This document shows, piece after piece, positions 1 to 12,291 of a stretch of 64,000 nt of DNA. How positions within the stretch are numbered: position 1 is the first letter of the stretch; every line of letters starts with the position of its first letter. The notes beneath the pieces are model-generated. The model was not told the origin of the DNA. It did no database searches and saw only the letters and a program-made list of their open reading frames with translations. Source of the DNA: Malacoraja senta. Its lineage: Eukaryota. The position numbers and the translations under genes are program-made. The stretch is from positions 124,001-188,000 of the forward strand of contig JAXLNO010000087.1 in the NCBI GenBank assembly GCA_038087875.1, given 5' to 3'.

Positions 1-3000
1 TGCTAGGTTTGAGACAGAATTCAAGGCTGAGAGATGATAGACTGCAGTTAGCCTTGGCTGTGTAAAATTATGAGTGTGATAAGGAATAAGATGTAAGTGA
101 AGGAATAGTTGCTTTGAGAAATAATTAGATTGAGGGAGTTGTTTATAGAAGGTTGAAGCAGATGGAATTCTGACGTAATGGTCTGGGTTGTACCTTGTAC
201 CTTGTGTTTTGTCTGGTACATGAGATTGGAAATCCTGCTTCCCGATAACAGGAAAGGCACCAAACTCATATTAACTAAATTGACAGATTTACGACCCATG
301 TATCTTTGGATGGGAGATGGAAATGTGCGTTTTGAACTTAGAAACTGTAATTCAGCAAACTTATATAATTAATGTTTTAAAGACATAGGTAATGGTATTT
401 CAAAATGTGTAAAATTATAGTAACACCAATTATACAATGTATTGTCTTAGTAGAAAGGTACACTTTAGACTTAGAGAAATTGTTTAGTTTTATAGAAATA
501 TCTTTTCTCTTGGTATAGAAAGTGTGTATGACTTGAGTGATCATTGTATGTATCTTATATTTTGAAGAGTGGTCTTTGATAAAAGCCTACAGGGGTTTTG
601 CTGTGTTGAAATAAAAAAAATCTAAAACAGTTATAGAGTTATACCATAGACAAACAAAGATTGTAAAAAGACGTCAGGAAAGGGGATATCCTGTGACTGA
701 TGTTGTAAATCTCCAAAAGGACTCAGATGATTGGTTACCAGTTGTCCTACCCTCTGTATTTGAAATGTCTAAATACCTATATAAAGCAATGAGTTTGTAT
801 CAAAAACACAAATACTTTGGAGCTGCCCCGGAGCTTCTAGCTCTGTGTTGGAAGGTTCAAAGAATTGTCTCAGTACTGAATAAAGAATCAATTCCAACAG
901 CTACAAGCATTTGAGTCAAGTTTTCTTGACTTTAGATTGAAAAAATAACTCAGTTTAACATTCTCACTGTCTCTGACTACATTTTATTTCTGTGGCCACT
1001 CTCGTCATCACTCTGAAGAAGGGTCTCAACATGAAACGTCACCCATTCCTTCTCGCCAGAGATGCTGCCCGTCTCGCTGAGTTACTCCAGCATTTTGTTT
1101 CTTATCTTTGATTTAAAATACATTTTGACAGGTCTGGAAAGGTTGAGAGGGACATGGGCCAAATTCAGGCAGGTGGGACTAGAGTTTGTACGTTCTCTCT
1201 GTGACTGTGTGTTTTCTCCGGGTGCTCCGATTTCCTCCCACATTCCAAAGATGTGCAGGTGTGTAGATTAATTCTGAAAATTGCCCCCAGTGAGTAGGGT
1301 AGACCTAGTGAACAGGTTATCGCTGGTCGGTGCGTACTAAAAAAATGAAAACATAGCCATGAGGAACTGTAGATGCCTGCGTACTTTTAAAAAAAGATGC
1401 AAAGTGCTGGAGTAACTCAGCGGGGTGCAAGTGTCCCAGCCTGACGTTTCAACCACAAAATGTTTTACGACGAGACTGTTCTAACTTTATGAAAACAAAA
1501 TGTTCTCCCAGAATACTGCCTGGATTAGAGGGCTTCAGCTACAGGGAGAGGTACAGTGTAAAGCTTTTTTTGTTGTGTGCTAACCAGTTAGTGGAAGGAC
1601 AATACAGGATTACAATCAACCCATCCACAGTGTACAGATATAGGATTAAGGGAATATCGATTAGTGCAAGGTAACGTCTGATTAAAGATAGTCTGAGGGA
1701 TAGTTTAAGAATAAGGGGTAATTTATTTAGAACGGAGTTGAGGAAAAACTTTTTCACACAGAGTGTTGAGAGTCTGTGAAATTCTCTGCCGCAGATGGTG
1801 GTGGAAGCCGATTCTCTGAATGCTTTCAAGAGAGAGCTGGACAGAGCTCTTAAAGATAGCGGCGTCAAGGGATATAGGGAGAAGGCAGGAACAGGGTATT
1901 AATTGTGGATGATTGGCATGATCACGGTGAATAGCGGTGCTGGCTCGAGGAGCAGAATGGCCTACTCCTGCACCTATTGTCTATTGTCTTCAATGAATAA
2001 TAATGAATGAATAAAAATGTTATTAGCCAAGTAGGTCCACATCCAAGGCATTTAAATTGGTGCTTTGCTCGCAGGTAACAACAAGATATTCTGTAGACAA
2101 TAAAAAATAAAATATTATAATTCAAACATGTGAAAATAAAGTACCGGAGTAAAAAGAGGCTACGGTCTTTTGGCTGTTGAATAGAGTTACTGCTCATGGG
2201 AAAAAGCTGTTTTATGTCTGACTGTAGCAGCTTTGATAGTCTGGAGTCGCCTCCCAGAAAGAAGGGATTCAAAGAGTTTGTCGCCGGAGGTGAGCGGCAG
2301 AAACATCTGCCAATGCAGTAGATGGTAGGTGGGGTCTGCTCTCTAGTTTGTGATTGGATGGTTAGAACGTAGGGCAGTACAGCACAGGAACGGGCCCTTC
2401 GGCCCACAATGTTTGTGCCGAACATGACGCCAGGTTAAACTCTCATCTGCCTGTACATGATCCATATCCCTCTCTCCCCTCCACTTCCACATGCCCACCT
2501 AAAAGCTTCTTAAACACCCCTGTCATATCTGCCTCCACCACCTCCCCAGGTCAGGCACATGAGGCCCCCACCACTGCCCCGCGCATCCCCATTAAACTTT
2601 CCCCCTCTCTCCTTACAGCGATACCAACTAGTCTTGGACATTTCCAGCCTGGCGTAAAAAGATTCTGAGAGTCGACCCTAACTGTCCCTAAGCTCGCCCT
2701 GTAGCTGAAGCTCTCGAATCCACGTGACATTCTGGTACATAGATACATAGATACATAGAAATTAGGTGCAGGAGTAGGCCATTCGGCCCTTCGAGCCTGC
2801 ACCGCCATTCAATACGATCATGGCTGATCATCCAACTCAGTATCCCGTACCTGCCTTCTCTCCATACCCCCTGATCCCTTTAGCCACAAGGGCCACATCT
2901 AATTCCCTCTTAAATATAGCCAATGAACTGGCCTCAACTACCCTCTGTGGCAGAGAGTTCCAGAGATTCACCACTCTCTGTGTGAAAAAGTTTTTCCTCA

Positions 3001-3374
3001 TCTCGGTCTTAAAGGATTTTCCCCTTATCCTTAAGGCAGTGTTTACAAAAAGTTAGAACGTTTTCCTCATGGAAGGTTTTGTGCTGCGCACGATCGGTCT
3101 AACGCGTTCTAATGAGGGGTGGACGCCTGGAACTGCAGATGCTCGTTTACATAAAAAGGCAAAGTGCTGGAGTAACTCCGCAGTCGCCGGGGGGCCTGGT
3201 CTGGAGAAAGGCAGGTTTGTGATCCTGTGTGGAGGTCAGGTAAGTGGAGGAGCTTTGATTGAGCGTGTGGACCCTGTGGAAGGATAAAGTGAAGCTGAGA
3301 TCTATGGAGTGAGCTGACTTATTCCAGCACTTTGTGGCGCAGTGGTAGAGTTGCTGCCTTACAGCGCCAGAGAC

Positions 3375-3897
3375 CCTGTCTTCTCTCTTCCCTGGGTATT
3401 TTGGCCCCCCGCGGCTCTGCATTTGCCCCAACGGACTATACCTTATCATTGTTGTCTACTCCAACCCCTGGGTATTTCCTGCCCCCCAGTAGTTCAGCAT
3501 TTGCCCCAACGGACTATTGGGCAGAATGCGGGGATTTGGCCTACAGGCTTTTCCCCTCCCTTTTCAGTTTGCCTTGCCGGTACAGACCCCTGAATCCTTC
3601 AGGGCGTTAACCACAAGGTCTTTTCAATCGCCCAGGAAGTACTTTATTAGTCATTATTCCTACCTGGGTTCTGTGCACAGAAATTGCTCGATTGACTTTT
3701 TGCGATCTCCAACTAATCTCCAACCACTTTCACTTCTTTGCCGAGTCTCTGTTTGGTCCGGGCATCACTCGCTCAAACCTTCTGACGGTAAGCAAGGAGT
3801 CTGAGACCGCTGAACTCAGCGGGGTGCACCTTCTCTTCGTCCGTGTACTCCCGTCAGCTGTCCAGAGTAATTAAATCCTGGAACCGAGTCCCCAAAT
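3375..3897 (-). mobile_element. ERV PBS (tRNA-Pro-like, 3875-3894), leader and degraded gag N-terminus
   Basis: TGGGGACTCGGTTCCAGGAT versus tRNA-Pro PBS TGGGGGCTCGTCCGGGAT; minus-strand peptide PNSPLGQMLNYW...MIRY resembles the SPLG-x-(M/I)L-xx-W matrix motif of class I ERV Gag. Confidence 0.65.
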
Positions 3898-4336
3898 TGT
3901 GAGATTCAAAATCACAAACGCTTTAGATACAAAGTCAGGCAAATAAGTTTTTATTAAGATAATATTCTGCAGAATAGGTGCCTGTCCTCTGCTGTCCCCT
4001 AGAGGCACAACGAAGATGGAGATGCTTTCTATCTTTATACATTTCATTTCACTATTGTCACACCCTCATCTCTCCACATTGAGCTTCTTCCAATCATAAC
4101 ATAAAGCCCACATTCCCACGAGAACGTCCTGGAACGTCCACCCAACGTCTTTCGTAAGGCTTCTGCTGAAGTTTCTATCTGTTTGCTACTTTTTTATCTA
4201 GAATTTCTCTCTGTTCTGTATATTGTTACTTTATTCTACCAGCAGTCTGGCTTCTGCTGACACCTTATTTCTTTCTAAGTTATACTTTTCAGAGTTCTAG
4301 TATAAATCAACCATCCCTATTAACCCTTTTCTCACA
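3898..4336 (-). mobile_element. Retroviral LTR (class I ERV-like)
   Basis: TGTGAGA...TCTCACA inverted ends; on the minus strand TATAAA at ~4034-4039 precedes AATAAA at ~3950-3955; followed by a PBS. Confidence 0.75.
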
Positions 4337-4370
4337 ATTTCCACCTCTGTGCCCTCATTTCCTCTCAATT

Positions 4371-4671
4371 CCTCCCTCCCTCCGAACGGGGCGTTCTCCC
4401 GGGGAAGAACCCGGGGTCAGCAGGGCTCCAGGGGTGAGATTAAGGAAGGATGGAAGATTGGCCAACTATGGAGGTTGACAACAAAATGGCCACCATCAGG
4501 TCAAGTGGCTTCTCCAGCATGTCTGCCTCCGTGCCCCTCCCTTCCTCCCTCCCTCCCTCCCAACGGGGCGCTCTCCCAGGGAAGAACCCGGGGTCAGCAG
4601 GGCTCCAGGGGTGAGATTAAGGAGGGATTGAAGATTGGCCAACTATGGAGGTTGACAACAAAATGGCCACC
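4371..4671 (+). repeat. Direct repeat pair (~120 nt, period ~177), followed by a GA microsatellite
   Basis: AACGGGGCG...GTTGACAACAAAATGGCCACC occurs twice. Confidence 0.85.
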
Positions 4672-5099
4672 GGGAAAAGAGGAGCGAGAGAGAGAGATGG
4701 AGAGAGAGAGAGGGAGATGGAGAGAGGGAGAGAGAGCGAGAGGGTGGGAAGGAATGAGGGGAGAAGGGAGAGGGGTTGGTGAATAGGCAATCCCGACACG
4801 CACGCATACACCCCCCCCTCCCTCTCTCTACCCCTTCTATCTCTCTCTCTCCCACGTTCACCATCTATTCTCCTCTCATTTCCCCAAAGAGTCATGTTCC
4901 CCCCATGACCCTCTCTCTCTCTTCCCCCTCCCCCCCACCCTTCACCACCGCCATTTTAGCTACAGGCAGCCAGAAGTCAATGAGTGTGAAGCCGGGGGCA
5001 GCCATTTTGGATGCTGGCATTTCCCTGTGGTGCTGCAGGTGGCCATCGCTGCTCTGGGCAGCGGCCATGTCAGCAGCGCGTCAGTTTTTTCAACTTTTT

Positions 5100-5870
5100 C
5101 TTATTTTTTAGTATGTTTTAAAGTATGTATGGTGTGTTTCTTTGTGTGTCTTGTGTGGGGGTGGTGTGGGGGGTAAGGGGAAATCGATTCGGTCGCCTCC
5201 TCCATGGAGAGGCGACCTTTTCCAGGTCGCCTCCCCCGTGGCCTAACATCAAGGATCGGCGCGGCCTTTCCCGGAGACACGCCCGGGGTTTCAGCGGCGG
5301 GCGCAGCGTGGACTCTCGGCGTGGAGCGGGTGAGCCCTCGCTGGGGCTCGCTGGAGGGGAGCGCTCCGTTTCGCTGGCCCGGGGCAGCCGGCAGCCTGAA
5401 GTCGCAGCCTGAAGTCGCGGTCTGCAGAGCTCCAGCTGGTGCGGCGTCTACAGAAGAAGCCATCACTGCTGGCCCGCGGCTAACTTCTACCGCGGGGCCG
5501 GCATGGACTTACCAACACCCCTGGAGGGGAGCTTCGACCGCCGGCCCTGCAGTCTACGGTGCTTCTGGCTGCGGCGGAGACTTTAAATCTCGACAGCCGG
5601 CCTGCGGGCTACAACAACTTAAAGCCGCGGTCTCCGGTGAGGAAGAGCCGATCCTGGACTGACTCTGGACTCTGGTCCTGTTCACGGAGGGGAAATGGAG
5701 GAGGATTGGCCAAATTTTTGTGCCTTCCACCACAGTGTTGAATGCTGTGGTGGATCTTTGTGTTACATTTTTTTATTGTGGTTGTGTGTTCTTATTATTG
5801 TATCGCTGCTGACAACCCAAAATTCCACCAGCTTGGCTGTGTGGTCATTAAAATACTATATACTATACTA
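5100..5870 (+). mobile_element. Non-autonomous GC-rich retroposon with (TACTA)n tail
   Basis: CpG-rich body ending ATTAAA-(TACTA)n; similar organisation at 57085-57475 with (ACCTTTGA)n tail. Confidence 0.45.
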
Positions 5871-7610
5871 TATGGCGGACCAATTGAATAACTACTTTGG
5901 TTCCGTCTTCACTAAGGAAGACATAAATAATCTGCCGGAAATAGCAGGGGGCCGCGGGTCAAAGGAGATGGAGGAACTGAGTGAAATCCAGGTTAGTCGG
6001 GAAGTGGTGTTGGGTAAATTGAATGGATTAAAGGCCGATAAATCACCAGGGCCAGATAGGCTGCATCCCAGAGTACATAAGGAAGTAGCTCCAGAAATAG
6101 TGGATGCATTAGTGATAATTTTTCAAAACTCTTTAGATTCTGGGGTAGTTCCTGAGGATTGGAGGGTAGCAAACGTAACCCCACTTTTTAAGAAGGGAGG
6201 GAGAGAGAATTACAGACCAGTTAGTCTAACATCGGTAGTGGGGAAACTGCTACAGTTATTAAAGATGGGATAGCAGCACATTTGGAAAGTGGTGAAATCA
6301 TTGGACAAAGTCAGCATGGATTTACGAAAGGTAAATCGTGTCTGACGAATCTTATAGAATTTTTCGAGGATGTAACTAGTAGAGTGGATAGGGGAGAACC
6401 AGTGGATGTGTTGTATCTGTACTTTCAGAAGGCTTTCGACAAGGTACCACATAAGAGATTAGGATACAAACTTAAATCACACGGTATTGGGGGTTCAGTA
6501 TTGATGTGGATAGAGAACTGGCTGGCAAACAGGAAGCAAAGAGTAGGAGTAAACGGGTCCTTTCACAATGGCAGGCAGTGACTAGTGGGGTACCGCAAGG
6601 CTCAGTGCTGGGACCCCAGCTATTTACAATTTATATTAATGATCTGGATGAGGGAATTGAAAGCAACATCTCCAAGTTTGCAGATGACACTAAGCTGGGG
6701 GGCAGTGTTAGCTGTGAGGAGGATGCTAGGAGACTGCAAGGTGACTTGGATAGGCTGGGTGAGTGGGCAAATGTTTGGCAGATGCAGTATAATGTGGATA
6801 AATGTGAGGTTATCCACTTTGGTGGCAAAAACGGGAAGGCAGACCATTATCTAAATGGTGGCCGATTAGGAAATGGGGAGATGCAGCGAGACCTGGGTGT
6901 CATGGTACACCAGACATTGAAAGTAGGCATGCAGGTGCAGCAGGCAGTGAAGAAAGCGAATGGTATGTTGGCTTTCATAGCAAGAGGATTTGAGTATAGG
7001 AGCAGGGAGGTTCTACTGCAGTTGTACAGGGTCTTGGTGAGACCACACCTGGAGTATTGCGTACAGTTTTGGTCTCCAAATCTGAGGAAGGACATTATAG
7101 CCATAGAGGGAGTGCAGAGAAGGTTCACCAGACTGATTCCTGGGATGTCAGGACTTTCATATGAGGAAAGACTGGATAGACTTGGCTTATACTCGCTAGA
7201 ATTTAGGAGATTGAGAGGGGATCTTATAGAAATGTACAAAATTCTTATGGGGTTGGACAGGCTAGATGCAGGAAGATTGTTCCCGATGTTGGGGAGGTCC
7301 AGGACAAGGGGTCACAGCTTAAGGATAAGGGGGAAATCCTTTAAGACCGAGATGAGGAAAAACTTTTTCACACAGAGAGTGGTGAATCTCTGGAACTCTC
7401 TGCCACAGAGGGTAGTTGAGGCCAGTTGGCTATATTTAAGAGGGAGTTAGATGTGGCCCTTGTGGCTAAGGGGATCAGGGGGTATGGAGAGAAGGCAGGT
7501 ACGGGATACTGAGTTGGATGATCAGCCATGATCATATTGAATGGCGGTGCAGGCTCGAAGGGCCGAATGGCCTACTCCTGCACCTATTTTCTATGTATCT
7601 ATGTATCTAT
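5871..7610 (+). mobile_element. CR1-clade LINE, 5'-truncated (RT and 3' tail)
   Basis: [41 protein letters not shown]; tail CTATGTATCTATGTAT; frameshifted. Confidence 0.95.
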
Positions 7611-8513
7611 TTGGTATAATGCTATTTACTAATCAAAAGCTTGAGTTCTGCACAAAATTCTCTTTTAACGTGTGTTTTGTCCGTTAATATTTGCCTGATT
7701 AGATCTTAAACTGATAATGAAAAAGTCATAACAATATTTTGGATTTCTTTGAGAATTTTGAGATAATTGATGCCCAGCATACTTCGAAGCCACCAACACT
7801 CCATCTAACTGTCACAATCTAATCCCAAACTGAGAATGGAGACACAAGGAAATGCAGATGCTGACAGAGCAAAACACAAGGTACTATCTGTGGTGGGAAC
7901 GAAGAGATGACGTTCCCAGTCGGGAGCTTCCTTCAAATCCCCCTCACTTGCAAAGGCTAAAGCTATGGGAGCTGACAACATCCAAGCAAAAATCTTTGCT
8001 TTGTAGGCTAATCCAATCAAACCAGAAGGAAGTGGTGGACACAACCACGGATACTGACTTTCCCAGCATTGTAGAGATCTGCAGGAGGTGCTCGCACACG
8101 CAAAAACTATCTAAATGGCGTCAAGTTGGGAAAAGGGGGAAGTACAACGGGATCTGGGGGTCCTTGTTCATCAGTCTATGAAAGTAAGCATGCAGCTACA
8201 GCAAGCAGTGAAGAAAGCGAATGGCATGTTGGCCTTTATAACAAGAGGAATCGAATATAGGAGCAAAGAGGTCCTTCTGCAGTTGTACAGAGCACTAGTG
8301 AGACCACACCTGGAGTATTGTGTGTAGTTTTGGTCCCTTAATTTGAGGAAGGACATTCTTGCTATTGAGGGAGTGCAGCATAGGTTTACAAGGTTAATTC
8401 CCGGGATGGCGGGACTGTCATATGCTGAGAGAATGGAGCAGCTGGGCTTGTACACTCTGGTGTTGAGAAGGATGAGAGGGCATCTCATTGAAACATATAA
8501 GATTGTTAAGGGT

Positions 8514-8990
8514 ACACAAAAATGCTGGAGAAACTCAGCGGGTGCAGCAGCATCCATGGAGCGAAGGAAATAGGTAACGTTTCGGGCCGAAACCCTTCTT
8601 CAGACTGATACGGGGTGGGGAGAAGAAATGAAAAAAGGAAAAAGGCGGAGGTGGAGCCCGAGGGCTGGGGGAGGGGAGGAGACAACCAGATGGCTGATGA
8701 AGGGGAGGGGACAGCAAGGGCTAGCAGAATTGGGAGAATTCAATGTTCAAGCCCCCAGGATGTAGACTGCCCAAGCGGAATATGAGGTACATTTCCTCCA
8801 ATTTACGGTGTTGCTCGCTGTGGCCATGGAGGAGACCCAGGACAGAGAGGTCAGATACGGAATGGGAGGGGGAGTTGAAGTGCTGAGCCACCGGGAGGTC
8901 AGGTTGGTTATTGCGGACCGACCGGAGGTGTTCGGCGAAACGATCGCCAAGTCTCCGCTTGGTCTCACCAATGTAGATCAGCTGGCATCT
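8514..8990 (-). mobile_element. Penelope-like element 3' fragment: GIY-YIG endonuclease C-terminus plus terminal repeat
   Basis: IYIGETKRRLGDRFAEHLRSV...PVAQHFN...RKLEEMYLIFRLGSLHPGGLNIEF-stop; 14-bp target duplication AGATTGTTAAGGGT at 8500-8513 and 8991-9004. Confidence 0.92.
8576..8603 (-). ncRNA. Minimal hammerhead-ribozyme-like core in a Penelope terminal repeat
   Basis: CUGAAGA-A-GGGU(UUCG)GCCC-GAAACGUU; same core at 26909-26936 (+) and ~28552-28579 (-). Confidence 0.6.
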
Positions 8991-9360
8991 AGATTGTTAA
9001 GGGTTTGGACATGCTAGAGGCAGGAAACATGTTCCCGATGTTGGGGGAGTCCAGAACCAGGGGCCACAGTTTAAGAATAAGCAGTAAGCCATTTAGAACG
9101 GAGACGAGGAAACACTTTTTCTCACAGAGAGTGGTGAGTCTGTGGAGTTCTCTGCCTCAGAGGGCAGTGGAGGCCAGTTCTCTGGATCCTTTCAAGAAAG
9201 AGCTAGATAGGGCTCTTAAAAATAGTGGAGTCAGGGTATATGGGGAGAAGGCATGAACGGGGTACTGATTGGGGATGATCAGCCATGATCACATTGAATG
9301 GCGGTGCTGGCTCGAAGGGCCGAATGGCCTACTCCTGCACCTATTGTCTATTGCCTATAA

Positions 9361-10800
9361 GATCAGGCTGCAGCCAAAGAGGTTTTACCGTACCAAGAAG
9401 CAGGGGAACCCCCGCATCGATGTCCGCAAGATGCCCCGTCCAGATCTCGTGCAACAGTTTGCAGAGGCTTTTGAGAGAGAACTTGGCACCTCGTGTCCTG
9501 GAGACTCTGCAACAGAGAAGTGGGAAATCCTGCTGGACATCATGCCGTGGCTAGCTTTGGGAAGAAGACCTCGAAGACGCACGCCTGATTTGAGGACAAG
9601 TCGACCGAGATGACTCCCATCATCGAAGCCAAGCGCGCCGCCCTAGCCGAGTACAAGCGGTCAGCTAACGAGACGAACCTGCAGATCCTCAGGGCTGCCA
9701 GGAGCAAGGTTCAGCAGACTGCCAGGCATTGTGCCAATGACTACTGGACACAGCTTAGTGAGGACATCCACACGGCCGCCATAACAGGGAACATCAGGGG
9801 AATGTACGATGGCATTAAGAAGGCATTAGGACCAGTCCAGATCAAGACAGCCCCCCTCAAATCCTCCACTGGGGAAGTAATCACAGCAGATGGAGAGATG
9901 GGTGGAACACTACTCCGACCCCTACTCGAGAGAGAACACTGTGTCCCCCACAGCCCTTGATGCCATCGAGTGCCTGCCGACCATGGATGAGTTAGACGCA
10001 GAGACGACGGTAGAAGAGCTCAGCTAGGCCATTGACAGCCTGGCCCCAGGAAAGGCCCCAGGCAGCGACGGCATTCCCCCTGACCTGATCAAGCATTGCA
10101 AGACTACCTTACTGCTTCCTTTGTATGAAGTCCTCTGCCAGTGCTGGCAAGAAGGAGCTGTACCGCAGGACATGAGGGTTGCCAAGAACCAGGGCGAGAG
10201 AAGCGATTGCAACAACTACAGAGGCATCTCCCTCCTCAACATCGTCGGCAAGGTCTTTGCTCGGGTCATCTTGATCCGCCTGCAGAAGCCGGCAGAACGT
10301 GTCTACCCAAAGCTACAGTGCGGTTTCCGAGCTGGAAGGTCAACAGTAGACATGGTCTTCTCCATTCGCCAGCTCCAGGAGAAGTGCAGAGAACAGCGGA
10401 TGCCCCTGTATGTTGCTTTCATTGACCTCACCAAGGCGTTCGACCACGTCAGCAGAGATGGCCTATTTAAGGCTCTGCCAAAGATCGGCTGCCTACCAAA
10501 ACTGTAGAGCATGAGGGAATCCTTCCACATCAACACGAAGGGGACAGTGCAGTTCAATGGCAGCTTCTCCGAGCCCTTCGACATCCGCAGTGGTGTCAAA
10601 CAAGGCTGCGTCCTCGCTCCCACACTCTTTGGGATTTTCTTCGCTCTGCTCCTGAAACATGCCTCGGCACTGCAACAGAGGGGATCTACCTGCGTACTAG
10701 ATCAGATGGCAGGCTCTTCAACCTCACCCGCCACAGATAAAGACAAAAGTACGTGAAGCTCTCATCAGAGACATGTTGTTTGCCAACGATGCTGCAGTTG
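9361..10800 (+). mobile_element. RTE-clade LINE fragment (RT)
   Basis: GKAPGSDGIP, CNNYRGISLLNIVGKVFAR, QCGFR, FIDLTKAFD, GVKQGCVLAPTLF; both ends fused to CR1 pieces. Confidence 0.9.
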
Positions 10801-12116
10801 TCTATTGCCCAGAGTAGGAGAATCGAGGACCAGAGGACATAGGTTCAAGGTGAAGGGGAAAAGATTTAATAGGAACACCACCAGCAGATTATCTACAAGT
10901 CACATACAATTAGAAACATAGAAAATAGGTGCAGGTGTAGGCCATTCGGCCCTTCAAGCCAGCAGCGCCATTCAATATGATCATGGCTGAGCATCCAAAA
11001 TCAGTACCCCGTTCCTGCTTTCTCCCCATATTCCTTGATTCAGTTAGCCCTAAGAGCTATATCTAACTCACTCTTGAAAACATCCAATGAATTGGCCTCC
11101 TCTGCCTTCTGTGGCAGAGATTCACAAGTCTCTGGGTGAAAAGGTTTTTCCTCATCTCAGTCCTAAATGACCTACCCCTTATTCTTAAACTGTGAGCCCT
11201 GGTTCTGGACTCCACACTGTATCACTCTATGACCTCTAGTCCTAGACTCTCCCACTAATGGAAACATCCTCTCCATATCCACTCTATTCAAACCTTTCAC
11301 TATCCGGTAAGTTTCAACGAGGTCCCCCTCATTGATGGGCCGAATGACCTAATTCTGCTCCTATAACTTATGAACCATCCTGAAGTTGGAAATGTATTGC
11401 TGGACCAAATATATTGTTGTTGAGTCTACATCATGGAACTTCATTCCCAACACTACAGGAGTACTTTCACCAGAACAACTGCAACATTGCAAGATGATGA
11501 TGCATCAGCACCATGTCAAGGAATTTCAGGTACAGGCACTAAATCATGGGTTTATAGCCAACATACAGATCCTGAAAATGAATATGTTTAAAAATAAACA
11601 AGATTCTGCTGAACAAAGAACATATCCATTGAATACTTTGTGATTGTCACTATGGAAAGCATTTTGGCCTTCATCTAATTAATCACTGTGAAGTAAAATG
11701 TACACACAGGAACTGCAGATGCTAGAATCCTGCATAGAACACAAAATGCTGCAGGAATTCAGTGGGTCAGGCAGTATCTCTGGAGGACATGGATAGGTGA
11801 CATATTGAAAAGAACCTTACCCAGAACGTCGCCTATCCATGTCCTTCATAGATGCTGCCTGGACCGCTGAGTAACTCCAGCACTTTGTATTCTAGTCAAA
11901 GGCAAGACTAGCAGTTGGAAACAACAAGATATGTGAGGGGTTTTGACTCGGCACACATTACAAAAGCACAAGGATGCTGATGTGAATAGTGACAGCACAC
12001 TTAACACCTACTGTTGCATAAGCAGTATTTTTACAGCACTCAAGCTACTGTACTGCTGCATCACTTCCATGGTGTCAGGTCATTTGGATTCCTTGAGAGA
12101 AGACTAATACACTCAC

Positions 12117-12291
12117 CTGAAAATAGTCACACTGATGATCCCGTGGCAGGGAGCAAGTGTAGAATTGCCTCCCTTTATTGTCACCCTCTTTTCTGACTAC
12201 TCTCAGTTCACAGGGGCGACTGTGTTTTTTGCAGTGTGGAGTTTCAGGGCTTGCAGCCGGGCCTTTACCCTCATTCACATTATCAGAGCCC
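12117..12291 (-). pseudogene. NEIL3: NEIL3 exon 9 (first GRF zinc finger)
   Basis: 175 nt, PHCKKHSRPCELRVVRKEGDNKGRQFYTCSLPRDHQCDYFQ, ttccag/gtgagt flanks. Confidence 0.94.

Larger units (their letters stand above)
8105..9352 (+). mobile_element. CR1 LINE 3' fragment interrupted by a Penelope-like insertion
   Basis: RPHLEYCV...RTRGHSLRI...; sequence resumes at 8991 after a duplicated target site. Confidence 0.92.
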
